64,000 nucleotides of DNA from Eledone cirrhosa (GCA_964016885.1 OZ024740.1:376588001-376652000), one strand, 5' to 3'; positions 42,966-56,990 are shown, numbered from the stretch's first letter. Numbers and translations: made by a program. Notes: generated by a model from the sequence alone, not told the origin.

Positions 42966-45930
42966 GATTAGCGAAAGGGAGTATATCTATGCAGAACTAA
43001 TAAGATATCTGCAGATACTCCACCCTCACGACACCTTCGGTGTATATCTGTGATTAATCAGGGCACTGGGATATGTTAGTAACTACGTCAGTACACATCT
43101 TGTGAAGCTGGGCTTCACAGAAACAAAGAGAACACGACTAGTTAGGAAATTACAAGTCCAATCCAATAGTAAATCCAATGGAATAGTAAAAATATGTAAA
43201 ACATTCCAAACATTCTGCATGTAATAACTGAATGTGCACATATACAGATACAAAACATATGCACATGCACACATATAATTTACAACATACACATCCAGAC
43301 ATAACATCCGTACCTGCAGACACATGCATGCAGATATGCGTGCATATATTCGTAATTGATGTTGTCTAAATTCCAATGAAAGAGATTTGATGCATTTCAT
43401 ATGTCGTATTTCATTAAATCCTCTTCGTTATTTTTCTTTCAGAATACAAAGACATGTTGATATCAGTACCTAATTCTCGCATAACAGCCTGTGTAATATT
43501 TATTCACATTGTAAAGAATTGATTATATATTACCATACGAATGACATCATTAAAATGATTATTTTAGAAAGTACAAACTAAATTGATACACAATTATGAA
43601 AACGAACCTTCCAGACAGGAAAATATATATTTTCGAAATCCAATTATTCATTATACAGATCTCAAACATGACATAAATCAATTGTATTTATTCTCAATTA
43701 CTATTCATATCATTATATTGGATAGGATTGATAACATAATCTATGTCATTGTTAATTATATATGTTATGCGTTAACGGTTAAAAGTTTAAATGATATTGA
43801 CATTATAAGTATCATCTGAAAACAGGAAAGTACAACAGACCCAGTGAGGGAACTACATATATATCGCTTGTTGTGCCCCCAGATTACAAATGTTATTGCA
43901 GAGGCCTTTTTCATTCCCTAGTAACACATTAGGTTGTGAATATTATTTTGATTATTTTGAAATGTTATATTATCTCCACAAATCCATATTCCGGCCACGC
44001 AGCACTTGCAAGATTGGATATTCTAATTATGCCGAAGATAACAATGTTATACACATCTATTAAGGAAGTAAACGATGGAAATGTGGTTCTAGCTCCGTTA
44101 GTAAGTTTCCCGTGATGTGATTAAATTCAAACTACTGCTTACATTTAATGTCATTTACATGAAACCTCTTAGCAGTTGGATCATAATTTGTTCCAAACAA
44201 TATCGAACTTAAGATGTATACCCGACTATATGTGATATTAGTAAAATAGCCAGTCCTGATAGCATTACGTGAAGATAAAATAGCTCACAAAAATGCTAAA
44301 TTTAAGTAAAATGAAAGTCGGCCGTTCTTAAGTTAATCATGCTATGAAGATGTTCCTCTTTTATGTTGTAAATTGGTGCATATAATGTCGAATTACATTT
44401 ACATCGTCTCTGAATGAGTTCCATACTGACGTCAAGAAATTCGACATATAACAATACGAGTAAGTGTAATATGAGTGTGACAATAAGTAAAGGAATAATC
44501 TTTCGAATTTATATCACTTGAATTGCTTTAAATAGTTCTTTGGCTTGTGTGTTATATACAGTACAGTATATAGTACATTTCTTTGCTGGTTAAATTCAAT
44601 AGCATCTCCAAAGTTCTCTTTCCGCGTAATATTCATTAAGTATTTTGTATGGTTTTACATGTTTGTCTCTAAATCTCCCTTTGAATTTATAGTTTAAACC
44701 TAAATATAAAGATATGATGTGTTGAGTATATATATGTTACATATTCGTTATTCACTCCTGCATTGCAGTCAACTAATCAATTCATCATTTTAGAACCAAA
44801 CCAAAATGAAACGAGAATAATACATAAATCTATTGTTACTATATTTTCACTGAACTATCCCGATTCATACAAAAATTTATATTACTGAGGCACATAATGC
44901 AAACAATATAATGTCTCCTATCAACTGAATATCTTCGTCTAGTCGAGGTCTATCAATCGTCTGCGTTGTTGAAATGGCTTCATATCTAAAAGAAATTATA
45001 TTAATGTAGCTTAGCGACTGTTTGTCTTCGGCATGGTACTAAATAATGATATGTCTATTACAGCATTAGACATTTAATGTCCTCAACAATGGACATCAGC
45101 TTAATAGAAACTTAATGCGTTTCTCCCATTGTCATTGAACATAAGTTTTCTAAATTCTGGCAACTATATGACGATATCTTGAGATAATAAACTTATTTAT
45201 TTTATTTTTAATTCATTTTATGAATGAAATTCTTATAGAAAAGAGATATTCGATAATAGTTCGCTGCATCATATTTTTTTTCACTGATATTTATCATTTT
45301 AATTATGGGCTATTCAAACTTTCCATATATCATGCATTAATGTCACACGGCAGTAAGTGAAGTAAAATACAAACATTTTATATTTAGAAATAAAATATAT
45401 TATGTTTACGAAAATATACACTATGATACCAAAATTTGTTATAACCTTAGAATACATGTATCTTTATTATAGAAATTATACGCAAGTGAATTATGTTTTC
45501 CTTAATATATCTGCATGCATCCCAAGATACATTTTGTACTTTTATGAAAGAAAACCTAACCCAAAGCTGACAATTAAAATGCAACATATTTCATATACAT
45601 TTGAGATATATGTTTATATAACTTCTTGTTAATAGATTATGATGTATTATATAGATATATAAATGTATTATCTAAAGACATTTTCCTCTGAAATTCTTTC
45701 TAAAAGTTTGATATCAAATGCTGATCTACAAATATTATCATATGATGTTCATTACAAATAGGACTGTAACATTCACATATTCATATATATATTATTAATT
45801 GATCCTCTGTAATGTATACAGATACCTAGTACAGATACCTATCAAATACCTATTATTAAAAACCAATATGGAATTTTAAATACTTTATTTGTAAACTTAT
45901 ATATACAAGCGCAAATAATATAAGAGTTCA

Positions 45931-45992
<62 letters not shown>

Positions 45993-46039
45993 GTTTCAAA
46001 TGAACACTTTTAGCACCCCCTTTCTATAAAACTTGTTAC

Positions 46040-46421
<382 letters not shown>

Positions 46422-46719
46422 AATCACTATCTCTCTCTTTCTCCCTCTCTCTCTTTCTTTCTCCCGCCTGTGCAGTCATTTTCTAGCGCCACACCTGAAT
46501 AGTGGAGTTTCAGCCTCCATTCAAATCTTCAATACAAAATCAGCAAATAAATTATTCTGTCATACTCGCCTTCAACTTTGTAATAAGAAATTCTCCTCTA
46601 CGCCTGCTATCAGAAATGCGTCTGGGATTTTCCTATCTTCGAGGTGCAACGTGGAGAGAATAATTTGCTTATCTCTTAAACTCGGTAACAACAGCATCGT
46701 CTAATGTACATGAGATGTA

Positions 46720-47350
46720 ACTGGGAGCGATTATTAACTTTCTTGAGGTTGAGGTCACAAAAGCAATCAACCAGTTCAAATCTGGCAGAGTAGTTGGTGA
46801 GGATAAAATTCGGCTCGAGATGTTACAAGACGCAGAGAGAAGGAATTATCTGGCTGACTCATGCATGCCGGGTGATCTGGAACTCCGAAACGATATCTAA
46901 GCAGCCGGAAGTGGCAATTCAAAAAGGAGGCCAAAACAGATTGCTCCAGTCAAGTTTCATTGAATCAGGGAGATCAAGTATTTCGGGAGTGTTGGAATGC
47001 AGAAAGCTGAATTAAATGCAAGAATTGCAAGAGCTGGTGCAGTAATTCGGTATTCATGCCAACACTTACCTATTCTCATGAGTCTTTGGTAATGACCGAT
47101 AGAATACGATCGCGAATACCAGCGGCGGAAATGGCTTCCTCCGAAGGGTCTTTCGAGTAACGTTACTCGATAGGACCGTTACTTCTCCAAATTCAGAGAT
47201 CAGTTCCGATATTATGGACATGTGGTTAAAATGTCTCTGAAAAAAATCGCTGGACAGTTTTCATAGGAAAAGCCAACCGACAGCAGACCCAGGAGTAGAC
47301 TTCTAGCAAGATGGAGTAGACCTCAACAATGAACTCGTCTGGTCTCGCTT
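46720..47350 (+). mobile_element. Decayed, internally deleted RTE-clade LINE
   Basis: Similar in reverse orientation to 60430-61760 (e.g. P.LTY.HES.VMT.RIR..I.A.E, Q..YYGHV.KM). Confidence 0.65.
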
Positions 47351-47824
47351 GATTAAGCTACATGCATATTTACCCACACAGAACACACTCACATATCTGC
47401 AGGTCTGACGAACATTACGATAACAACATTCTATGAACAATATATATCTCTCAATCGTACCAAATCATACATATGCACATACAGCTATTAGCATCATTAG
47501 AAACGTCATTACCTGCAAACACTGTATTTTCGAAGACAATAAACATAATAGTTCCAAGAAGTGATACAGCTCTCGAGCTTTGGCCAAGTTCAATGTGGTA
47601 CCCTCCGTTGCCGTCAGACGCAGAATGCAGAGACATAAATCTACATATGAGAATTGTAAATATATGTTCCTCAAAAATTAACCTTCCGACAAATGTCACA
47701 TTAGATGACACATACACCACCCTAAAGAGACGCCCTATGTACCTTTTGAATGCCTTTAATTATAGGTCTATTCTATCAAGGCTGATCTATATCCATGCAA
47801 CAACATACAATTCACGAAATTAGA

Positions 47825-49716
47825 TTAACCATTCTCTGTCACACATGAACCAAAACCTTCCCTGATATCACCCAACATATGCTCAAGATCTACCGACACC
47901 ACGGCTTGATCCTCTACAGGTCGTACTAACGAAACTGGACGAGCAAACACAGTGCTGTTTGAAACAGGGTTTGTCCAAATAACGTTATTTGGAAGGCGCA
48001 ATTCTAATGGAAATAACAGAACAATATAAACAGGGTACTTTTCGCTAGGTTCAGAGTGCCATAAAGAGAGACTCTTCTCTAAATATGCCAATAAGCATTG
48101 GAAAAATTGGTTGCTGTCGAGATATCATATTCTAACAGGAAAGGCAAGGTCAGTGCCATGAAAACATTATAAAAGAAGATGTTCATTGTTTCTCAGTCCT
48201 TCACTTCAAACTGACATCATTAGATTTTGTATCACTTGGTTACTGGTCACAAAACATGGGATGATGCTTGAAATCTATTGCGGTTTTTGCAGCATGTTAA
48301 GCAACGATTATTTCATTATATCAGGCAAACCACTGGAATGCTAGTGGGCTCACCCAGTGGAATAGGCGGTAACACCAATACGGGACCATTCGCTGTGCGA
48401 TTTTTCAGCCCGAAAAACCGCCAAAATATATGTCCCCTCCTTTTGAACCAAGAAGACAAAGATAGTTATGAAATATTCTTGTCTCTGATCAACATTATGC
48501 TCCGAGAACGAGAACAAGGTAGGGTCTGCCAGGCTGAAGGAACTTGGAAGAGATTTAATGGTCCACATAAAGAAAAAACATTTCTCGATGAGAGAAGCTT
48601 CTCATGGATGGTTATAATTTCACCATTCCTTCAAATGTGTGCTCACAGCTGGGAACCTTTTGAATGGAAAGATGGGCAGTCAATTGCAAAACGGAGCGAA
48701 AATCGACTTGAAACTTGGAACGAACATATTAGGTCATTCTAGAGTGGGGCAGTTGCAGGATCTCGCCCCATTTTAGTAAATGACAATATTGATGACATCT
48801 TCCGAAGGACGCTTATCATGTGCCACACTGAAATTTCATCAAAAAGCCCTTGTTGTTCCATTTGTGGTGAAATAGACACACACCTCGGCCATTCAAACAT
48901 AAGGAAACAGAATTGCCTCCATGTATTTTACATAGACATTTAGTATGAGTATATTGAGTATTGAATTTGTTGAACACTAGAACACTTTATCTGTGTATTA
49001 GCTTAAATCCCTGTACTGTTACATGAATTCAGTTTCAAAATCTGTATTCCTTTCTAAGTTCTCCTAAATATATATTGGTTACTGCAAAGCCTCTATATTA
49101 TATGGTGACTATTTTAGATGGAGTTGGTTTCTTTCGGCCAGCACAACGTTTTCTTGATCTATTGCAAGCTGCAACAAAGAACATTCAAGTCAACATAAAA
49201 CATCAGCTCTTAAGTCCTTTTACCTGAACATTTGCTCGAAGATCTACCATTGCTAGGTGATTCCAGAAAGTATTAACTCTTTAGCGTGTAATGAGGGGAA
49301 AGTCATAAGATTTTGGTTTCCTGAAGACTTTCTTAGAGCAAAAATAGAATAATGTCATTACATAATGTCTAAATGCTGCCTGATTTTTGTTACATTTGTT
49401 TAGAAAACTACGATTAGCAGAGTAAAATTCAATAAATTATCTTTCAGCAAAGTGCCAGGTCAATCTCTGGTTTACTGCTATGATATGTTATGGCCTATTT
49501 ATTTTGGATGATTTTTCAATATATTTTGTGAATTTTTGTTAACTAATTTTTGTGCAAAAGTACTAACTTCACATTATCATAAAATGTTTACACAATATTT
49601 GTAGCTGTTGTTTTGTGCTTCTTCTCCCTAAAGGTCTTATTCAACAGAAAAATTTCCATAATCAATAATACGAAAAACTTCAAAAATTGATATTTTCCCT
49701 CTCTGGGCTCACTGGG
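47825..49716. mobile_element. Decayed, rearranged Transib/RAG1-like DDE transposase remnant with a possible right TIR
   Basis: Minus 47825-48091: FPLELRL..VIWTNPVSNSTVFARPVSL. Plus 48190-48880: SVLHFKL, GGNTNTGPFAVRFF, HSWE..GQSIA..SE..LE.WN.H.R.F, NIDDIFRR.L, CSICGEI. Heptamer-like CACTGGG at 49710-49716. Confidence 0.7.
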
Positions 49717-50563
49717 CATTATAGTGAGCAGCCAAATGAACGACATCCACTGCTAAGACCATATATCATTTAATTGTATTGGTAACTAACAGATACCATA
49801 CACAATGGGATTACATAAACATATCACCATTAATGTCCAATTGGAATTTCTGCAATTACATGCTTTTCTAGTTATACATGTGATATTCCCATTACATACA
49901 TGTATTCGATTACTTGGTACTTCCAAGAAATAGGTTATACTATATTTCTGCCGTTCTTATGATGTATATATTTGTTTTTGATATTCCTGTAACACACAAT
50001 TTCACTTTACTTATTCATATATTCCAATATTTGTTTCTAGGCTATATTATGTTGATGTTATTTATTTTTATCTCCTGTATATGAAGAATTAGTACGGCTT
50101 TAAATATTACAATGCATACAGGTTTATGTCTACTACACCTTTCAAGAAAAACCAGTAAACAATAATAGAATTTGTCTCAATGGCCTCTTTGATCTTTTTT
50201 CTTGACTATTATTCGGTTGTGAATATTTTATTGGAAAATATGATATTCTTAACTATCTATTTTTAATATTTTTCATAACCTTTTTATAGCTATTTTAAAC
50301 AACTATATACATTTTTTAAAAGCTTCATGAATATTAGTCATTTTAATATTTTTTTCTGGTCTGTATAGTACTGTGTGCTTTGAATCACTGTGTAGCATGG
50401 TATTTTGCGTTATGTTTTGATTCATATGCACTCGCGTATAATTTGCCAATTTCGTAATTCAATGCACGCAGGGCAAAGATGACAATCTATTCAGCTATAC
50501 ACATACACACTCAAACATACACACGCACACACACACACATACACACACAAACACATACACACA

Positions 50564-50683
<120 letters not shown>

Positions 50684-50711
50684 TATATATATAAATATAT
50701 ATATGTATATA

Positions 50712-51603
50712 CGAGGTGTGTCAGAAACGTTCCAGGACTGATGTCACAATAGATTTATTTCAAACACAAACTTCACACTAAGAGTTTTCTCCTTCAAAGT
50801 AATCCCCCTGGAGTATGTAACTCATCCTAGCTCTCTGCAGCGATCAAACTTTTTTCTTCATCATTTTATATACATGTCCTCTGTTTCAGGTCGTCAATCA
50901 ATGAGCACAGAGCAACGTACAAACTTGAAAACTCCGTCAGAAACACTGGGATTGCTGCAGCAAATGTATGGAGATGAGACGATGCTCACGTTTTTTTTTT
51001 TAGTGGTGCAAGAGGTTTAAAGAAGGACGCGAGGACGTGGACGATGACCCCAGGAGCGGAAGGCCCTCAACAACCAGGACTGAGGTCAACTTTGAGCGCG
51101 TCAGGAAGAGGGTGCGTAGCGATCATCGGCTGACTGTTCGACTGATGGCAAATGAGCTGGGCATGAATCGGGACAGCGTATGGAAGATTCTCACTGAAGA
51201 TTTGGACTTGCGGAAAGTCTGCGCGAAGATGGTACCAACACTTCTGAATGATGATCAGAAGGGTCGGCGCATGCAAGTGTGCTAGGACATCCTCCGGCGT
51301 CTTGAAAGCGAACCAGACTTGCTAGGGACAGTCATCACCGGTGATGAGTCATGGATCTTGGAGTACAACTCAGACGGGCCCCATTTTGAAGACGTGGACG
51401 ACATCAAAAAGGCCGTGACGACGGAACTGCAAAGGATCCCGGAAGAATCCGTCCAGGAGTGCATGCAAGCGTGGCAGAAAAGGATGGAAAAGAGTAACAT
51501 ACTCCAGGGGGATTACTTTGAAGGAGAAAACTCTTGTTGTGAAGTTTGGCTTTGAAATAAATCTTTTATGACATTAGTCCTGGAACTTTTCTGACACACC
51601 TCG
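50712..51603 (+). mobile_element. Internally deleted mariner (Tc1/mariner) element with TA duplication and extended TIRs
   Basis: TA-CGAGGTGTGTCAGAAA...TTTCTGACACACCTCG-TA. DDPRSGRPST, RKVCAKMVP..L, VITGDESW then a jump to FEDVDDIK..GDYFE, so the second and third catalytic Asp are missing. Confidence 0.95.
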
Positions 51604-51914
51604 TATATATATAAAGAGAGAGAGAGATAAAGAATGCACGAAGTTAAATTTTCGGCTTTTGATGCGCTGAGAATAAAGGTATATATATATTAGTATAAAG
51701 ATAGTGCTGAAGCGCAGAAATGCTTTAAAGATAGCATATAAAATGAGGTGAAAACACCCTTAAAAGGCGGCAAAAGAAGTTCCCACTGGCTGCTATGAGA
51801 AAACATAGCATTTCTGCACTTGGGCAATTTCTTTATACTTATACATATATGCGTATGGTTGTGTGTGTAAACACTAAAGATAAATAACAAAGCAAACAAT
51901 GTTATTTAATAAAT

Positions 51915-52092
51915 GATGGTGGATTGGCAGTGTCGGCAGGGTCGCACACCATGTTTTGCCGCATAGAGTTACGGCCCTTTATTTTCTGAATACAATTCCT
52001 GCCGGGGTTAACTTCGCCTTTCATCCTTACGGGGTCGATAAAATAATGCAACAGTAATGCACTAGGATATTTGCCGTATAAATGTAGAAACA
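51915..52092 (+). mobile_element. Older SINE copy with TSD GTTATTTAATAAAT
   Basis: Family match; 14-bp direct repeat on both sides. Confidence 0.85.
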
Positions 52093-52169
52093 GTTATTTA
52101 ATAAATATATATTAGGTTAACGCTTGAAATACCAGGAAAAGTTCATTAACGTTACGGTCACTAGTTGCT

Positions 52170-52520
52170 TATCAGAAGATATAGTATGTACAAAAATACG
52201 CCCACACACAGTAGCATCCGAGAGGGGTGAGTAGGAAAGAGGTGGTAGCGAATACCTGCTGAGACATCGATTCACTCCTGCATTCGGAAACACATTTCTG
52301 TGTTTGCCAACGAATTTTAATAAATGGATATGACACTGAGTGGAGAGAAGAGCATTTACTGGAGTTAAGGATACTCATGGCTAGATTGCAGAGTTCACCT
52401 AACTGGAGGAAAAAGGACTCGTCTTCATATGATTGCGACAAAATGATTTGCAATCACTTGCTCGTAGGCATTGTGGAAACATCACAGAACAAACTCGCAC
52501 ATAACAAAGAAACAGATATG
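52170..52520 (+). mobile_element. Possible decayed Gypsy gag fragment
   Basis: Frameshifted translation resembles F..L..LA..C......MI.D.L.VGI; weak. Confidence 0.3.
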
Positions 52521-52649
52521 ACTTCATAGTACAGGAAATCAAGAAAGAGAAAGAGGCTACCTGTAATCTCGGTAACTAACAGGAAATGAACATGGATAGG
52601 AAAAACGAAAGTACGTAAACACATGCAGTTCTCAAATAATTGAGATGTG

Positions 52650-54300
52650 TTGTAGAAAGCAGTTTGCTACGTTGAAATGCCTTCAAATTCACAGATCGAG
52701 ATTGTGTTTGGAAACATGAAGACAGAATGAAGAATGGGCTCTTAGTGGAAAAAGAGCTCCAGATACTTCGAGATACGATCAACAACATAGGCAAGGAAAT
52801 CGTTCGCACGCTCAGTAGAGATGGAACGAACAATGTGCCAGGATGTAAAGGTAGGAGGGCTCGCCTCATAGAAGAGCTTATGAAGGAGAATAAGGGGTTG
52901 GGGAGCAGATTGATTGATACAGAGAAGTAGAAAATGCAAGTTGGACATTCTGTAATACCAAGAAGTTCCTCTGCCAGTTGGTGCAAATTGAAATGAAAGG
53001 AAACGGCTCATGGGGAATTACTGAAGAAGGTTCATCAACGATCCTTATAAGTATGCTGACGGAGTGTTTCAGAACGGCAGAAACGGTGACTTGATACGCA
53101 GCAAGGAAGAACTGGAATAACGCTTGCGCAATGCTTATAGTGATAATCTCCGATATATCCCTATGCCCCCAATGAGATGATAGCAAAGAAAAATTCGATT
53201 TCAGCCAACTTCGAATGAATGAAATCTGTGTCTTCATCAAAAGACCACGATCAAATAATTGTTTCTACCTTTGGCACAAGGCCAGCAATTAACCAGTGCA
53301 TTACTGGTACTTTATTTTATCGATCCTGTAAGGCGAAGTTAACCTCGGCGGGATTTGAACTCAGAATGGAAAGGACCGTAACTCTATGCTGCAAAGCATG
53401 CGTCCGATCCTCTACCGATACTGCCAATACAAACCACGATCTAATAATGCCAGGCCAGTAGGAAGTGCCATACAATGACTAAAGGAAGTGTCTCACTCTA
53501 ATCTGTTTCTCATTCTTAGAACAGATTGGAATGAAAAGCTGATTGTGGATTGCTGGACAAAAGCGATGGGCATCTACCTTCCCAAAGAGCACAATCCGTC
53601 TACACGAGACCATTTTAGGCCAATTTCCTTTCGGAATCTAGCTTCCGTGGGATTATAACTAAACGATTGATGACATTTCTGTTGGCTAATAGCTACACCG
53701 ATGGTACTGCACAGATAACTGGCATCTCATGTGTATTGGTGTGCATAAAACATGTCAACATGATATGGTTGCCATATAGACAGCCATGAGGGACAGAAGT
53801 GACGTGGGATTTGTGTTGTTTAACCTGGCAAATACTTTCGGGTTCATCCCACATAAATTGATTGACCTTGCTATGTACTTATTCTTGATACCTGCGGAGG
53901 TACGGAAACTGATAATGAAATATAACGTTTTTACATGCGTTTTTACCTCAAAGAACTGTTTGAACTCTGTGAAACCCAGCAGATATGAAATATCATGTTT
54001 CGTTGTATAGTTGTGGAAACTAGTTCTGACACACTGCTCTAGGGACAGACAGCAAAGCAAACATCTTTAAGGGGAATTATCGAAGCCAGCCGAAAGAGCG
54101 AACACTACATCTGGCTTAAAAAAGAAGATGAATGCTGCGTTTGAGACAATGAGAGGGATTGAGACGCCTTGCTAGGAGTCACAACACCAGGCTCATCGAA
54201 TTTCGGGCTGTTCTCCCCTAAGATTCTGATATTATGAAGGAGTTTCGTTACCTATATCGGTGGGAGGCACCGAGTAGCCTTGGTCTCACAGTGGAAGGGG
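52650..54300 (+). mobile_element. Decayed RLE-type LINE, HERO-like
   Basis: GRRARLIEELMKE, LPKE.N...FRPISF.N, VLFNLANTFGFIPHKLI (cf. LDLANAYGSIPH), terminal HYIWLKK. Confidence 0.6.
53253..53430 (-). mobile_element. SINE copy inserted into the HERO-like fragment, with 16-bp TSD
   Basis: ACCACGATC(A/T)AATAAT on both sides. Confidence 0.9.
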
Positions 54301-54410
54301 TCAAAACATATACGTAGTTACTTCACCGCTTGATGAGACATAGAATCCTGCATTCGGAGTACAGCAGTACCCTCAGCATAAGAATTGTGTTTACCAAGCA
54401 TATGTGTATC

Positions 54411-54522
<112 letters not shown>

Positions 54523-54664
54523 ACAGGTGTGTGTATTGCCACAGACTATACCCACTTCGGCACAGTAGCATCTAAGGAAGTAGGGGCACCGTCAGGCGGA
54601 TGACTGAATTTCACTACAGCGTTTATTAAATGATCGCTAAGATTAATTGCTCGACAGCAACATG

Positions 54665-54721
<57 letters not shown>

Positions 54722-55021
54722 TGTCCAAAACAATGGTCGGGCTATTATATAACTTAAAACCGACTTTATTTAGCCGATTTGGATTATATCCCTCAGAATA
54801 AGACTTTTTTGTTTATAATTTATTAATATATCTCATCATTTCATTGAGATGTTTACATATTAGAAACAGTTAACTTTATGTTTTGTTTGGTGGAGTTATA
54901 AATTAATAGTGACTGCTCCATCAATGTTGAGCTAATTTTGACGGTTTATTTTCATCAGCGTCAATATATCCCCTCTAAATGAGATGTTGCCTTACGTTTA
55001 ATCTTATGTATATATATATAT

Positions 55022-55185
55022 AACGAAGGAAATGTGGTAAGGAAGCAGATGGGCCATAACGCACCAAACTACTCAATACTTAGGGTAGTAGAGTGGGTGA
55101 TAGGAACGAGTAGGACCCCGACGGCTTAGCTCAAGCCGTTTCGACGGCTAATTCTGGACTAAAAAAAATTAGCCGTCGAAACGTT

Positions 55186-55190
<5 letters not shown>
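55022..55190 (-). mobile_element. pLTR fragment with a 5'-truncated hammerhead (stem II, GAAA, stem III and GUC present; CUGANGA box replaced by fold-back sequence)
   Basis: Minus strand: gacggctaatt..aattagccgtc-GAAA-cggctt gagct aagccg-TC-gggg. (TA)n flanks. Confidence 0.6.
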
Positions 55191-55227
<37 letters not shown>

Positions 55228-55899
55228 TTAGAAACACACAGATAGATGCGGACACACACATATACATGAATGCATCCACACCCAACCATGAGTTAAGGGT
55301 GCCAACCTCACCGATGTTGCTCAATGAATGACTGGGACAGACCAATCCGGTTGAACTAGACTGAACCAGTATCAGAGTTAAAATTACATTATGAAGAGAG
55401 AAGAAACATTTAGATATAATTAGTAATAAAATGTATCATACCTAAACTGCTCCTAGATTCCTCGACTACGTAGTTTCGTGGCATAAACAAAAACAATACA
55501 TCATAAAGATATAGAGTCCCTGCGAGGTCTGCCGACTTATCAAGAGGATACCTCATTTTACTAGTCTCAAGAACGCGTCTACACGACGTGAGAAAGAATC
55601 CCAAAAGGCGGAGGGGGAGATAGTCACGCGATATAACGGTCGAGAAACAGAGCTAAGCCTCTTATAACCCCGAAGAAAATACCACAGAGGCGGAGGGGGT
55701 ATTTATATCGAAGCCGTAGACGAGGTGGTGAAGGAGGCGAGAAGTATGAGTAATGGCAGCTTTCCAGCAGTTACCACACTTCAAAGATTACTCAACCAGA
55801 GGGAGTTATTAACAATATATTTAGAAACACACAGATAGATGCGGACACACACATATACATGAATGCATACATATAAACACATACACAAATGCACACACA

Positions 55900-55975
<76 letters not shown>

Positions 55976-56111
55976 AGTGTGTGTGCATTTGTTTATGTGT
56001 TTATATGTAGATTATATGCAAAATAGGGGACACACAGAACAAAAACAAAACAATGGTAAACAATAGAAAACGGATAGTTCTATCTCCTCAGTCAACCTCT
56101 GGAAATGATAC

Positions 56112-56143
<32 letters not shown>

Positions 56144-56230
56144 GAGTGCTTTATATCGGTTATAAAATATTTACTTGTTGTAACCCAACAATTTTAAATA
56201 AAACTTTGCATATATATATATATATATATA

Positions 56231-56922
56231 TAGTAGAATAATCGAGTATCGAAAAATCGGCGCACGAGTTCACGATAAACAAAATTCGATATGAGTGGCA
56301 GAGGGCTCAATAATTCAGATAAATCAGAGCTATAACTATCGTTAAAATAGCAACACACATAGATTATGTCTAAAATCAACCATACGACCGAAAAATTACG
56401 ATCTGCAAGATTCGGGTCACTCAGATAAAATATCAATAAATCAATAAATCATATGAATGTAAAAAGCTTACCCGGACCCGCTATAAAGATGGTAAATCTA
56501 GCTTCTTGGGTTTCTGTAAATCCTTAAATCGCCCACTATCAGCCCACATAAAAATATATAAGACTTCTAGAGAGCAGCGGACAGGAATTACTTTCTCAAC
56601 GAGCTTTTGTCCGAACGAATAAAAAGGCACAACCCAAGCTGAAAACGCACATGGAATTCAGCAAGGGAGATAACCTCTATATCCGCAAAAAATATTCGGG
56701 AAAATGTGGAAAATCACATATCGTATAAGAGGGCTCAATAGACATGTTAAAATAAACAGGAGCTATTCATCATTTAATAGAATCGACAAAAAATAAACAA
56801 TAAAATTAACTGGTCAATAGCTAAGTCTAGAGCTAAATATAGTAGAATAATCGAGTATCGAAAAATCGGCGCACGAGTTCACGATAAACAAAATTCGATA
56901 TGAGTGGCAGAGGGCTCAATAA

Positions 56923-56926
<4 letters not shown>
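56231..56926. repeat. ~87-bp identical direct repeats (56231-56317 and 56840-56926), period 609, bounded by (TA)n
   Basis: TAGTAGAATAATCGAGTATCG...GGGCTCAATAATTCA appears twice. Confidence 0.9.
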
Positions 56927-56967
<41 letters not shown>

Positions 56968-56990
56968 ATACATATGTATATATACATATA

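Noticed and set aside
47451-47823. RAG2-like partner or first catalytic Asp motif (SDGNGG) beside the Transib-like remnant
   Set aside because: No kelch repeats are recognisable, and the motif's position does not fit the domain order.
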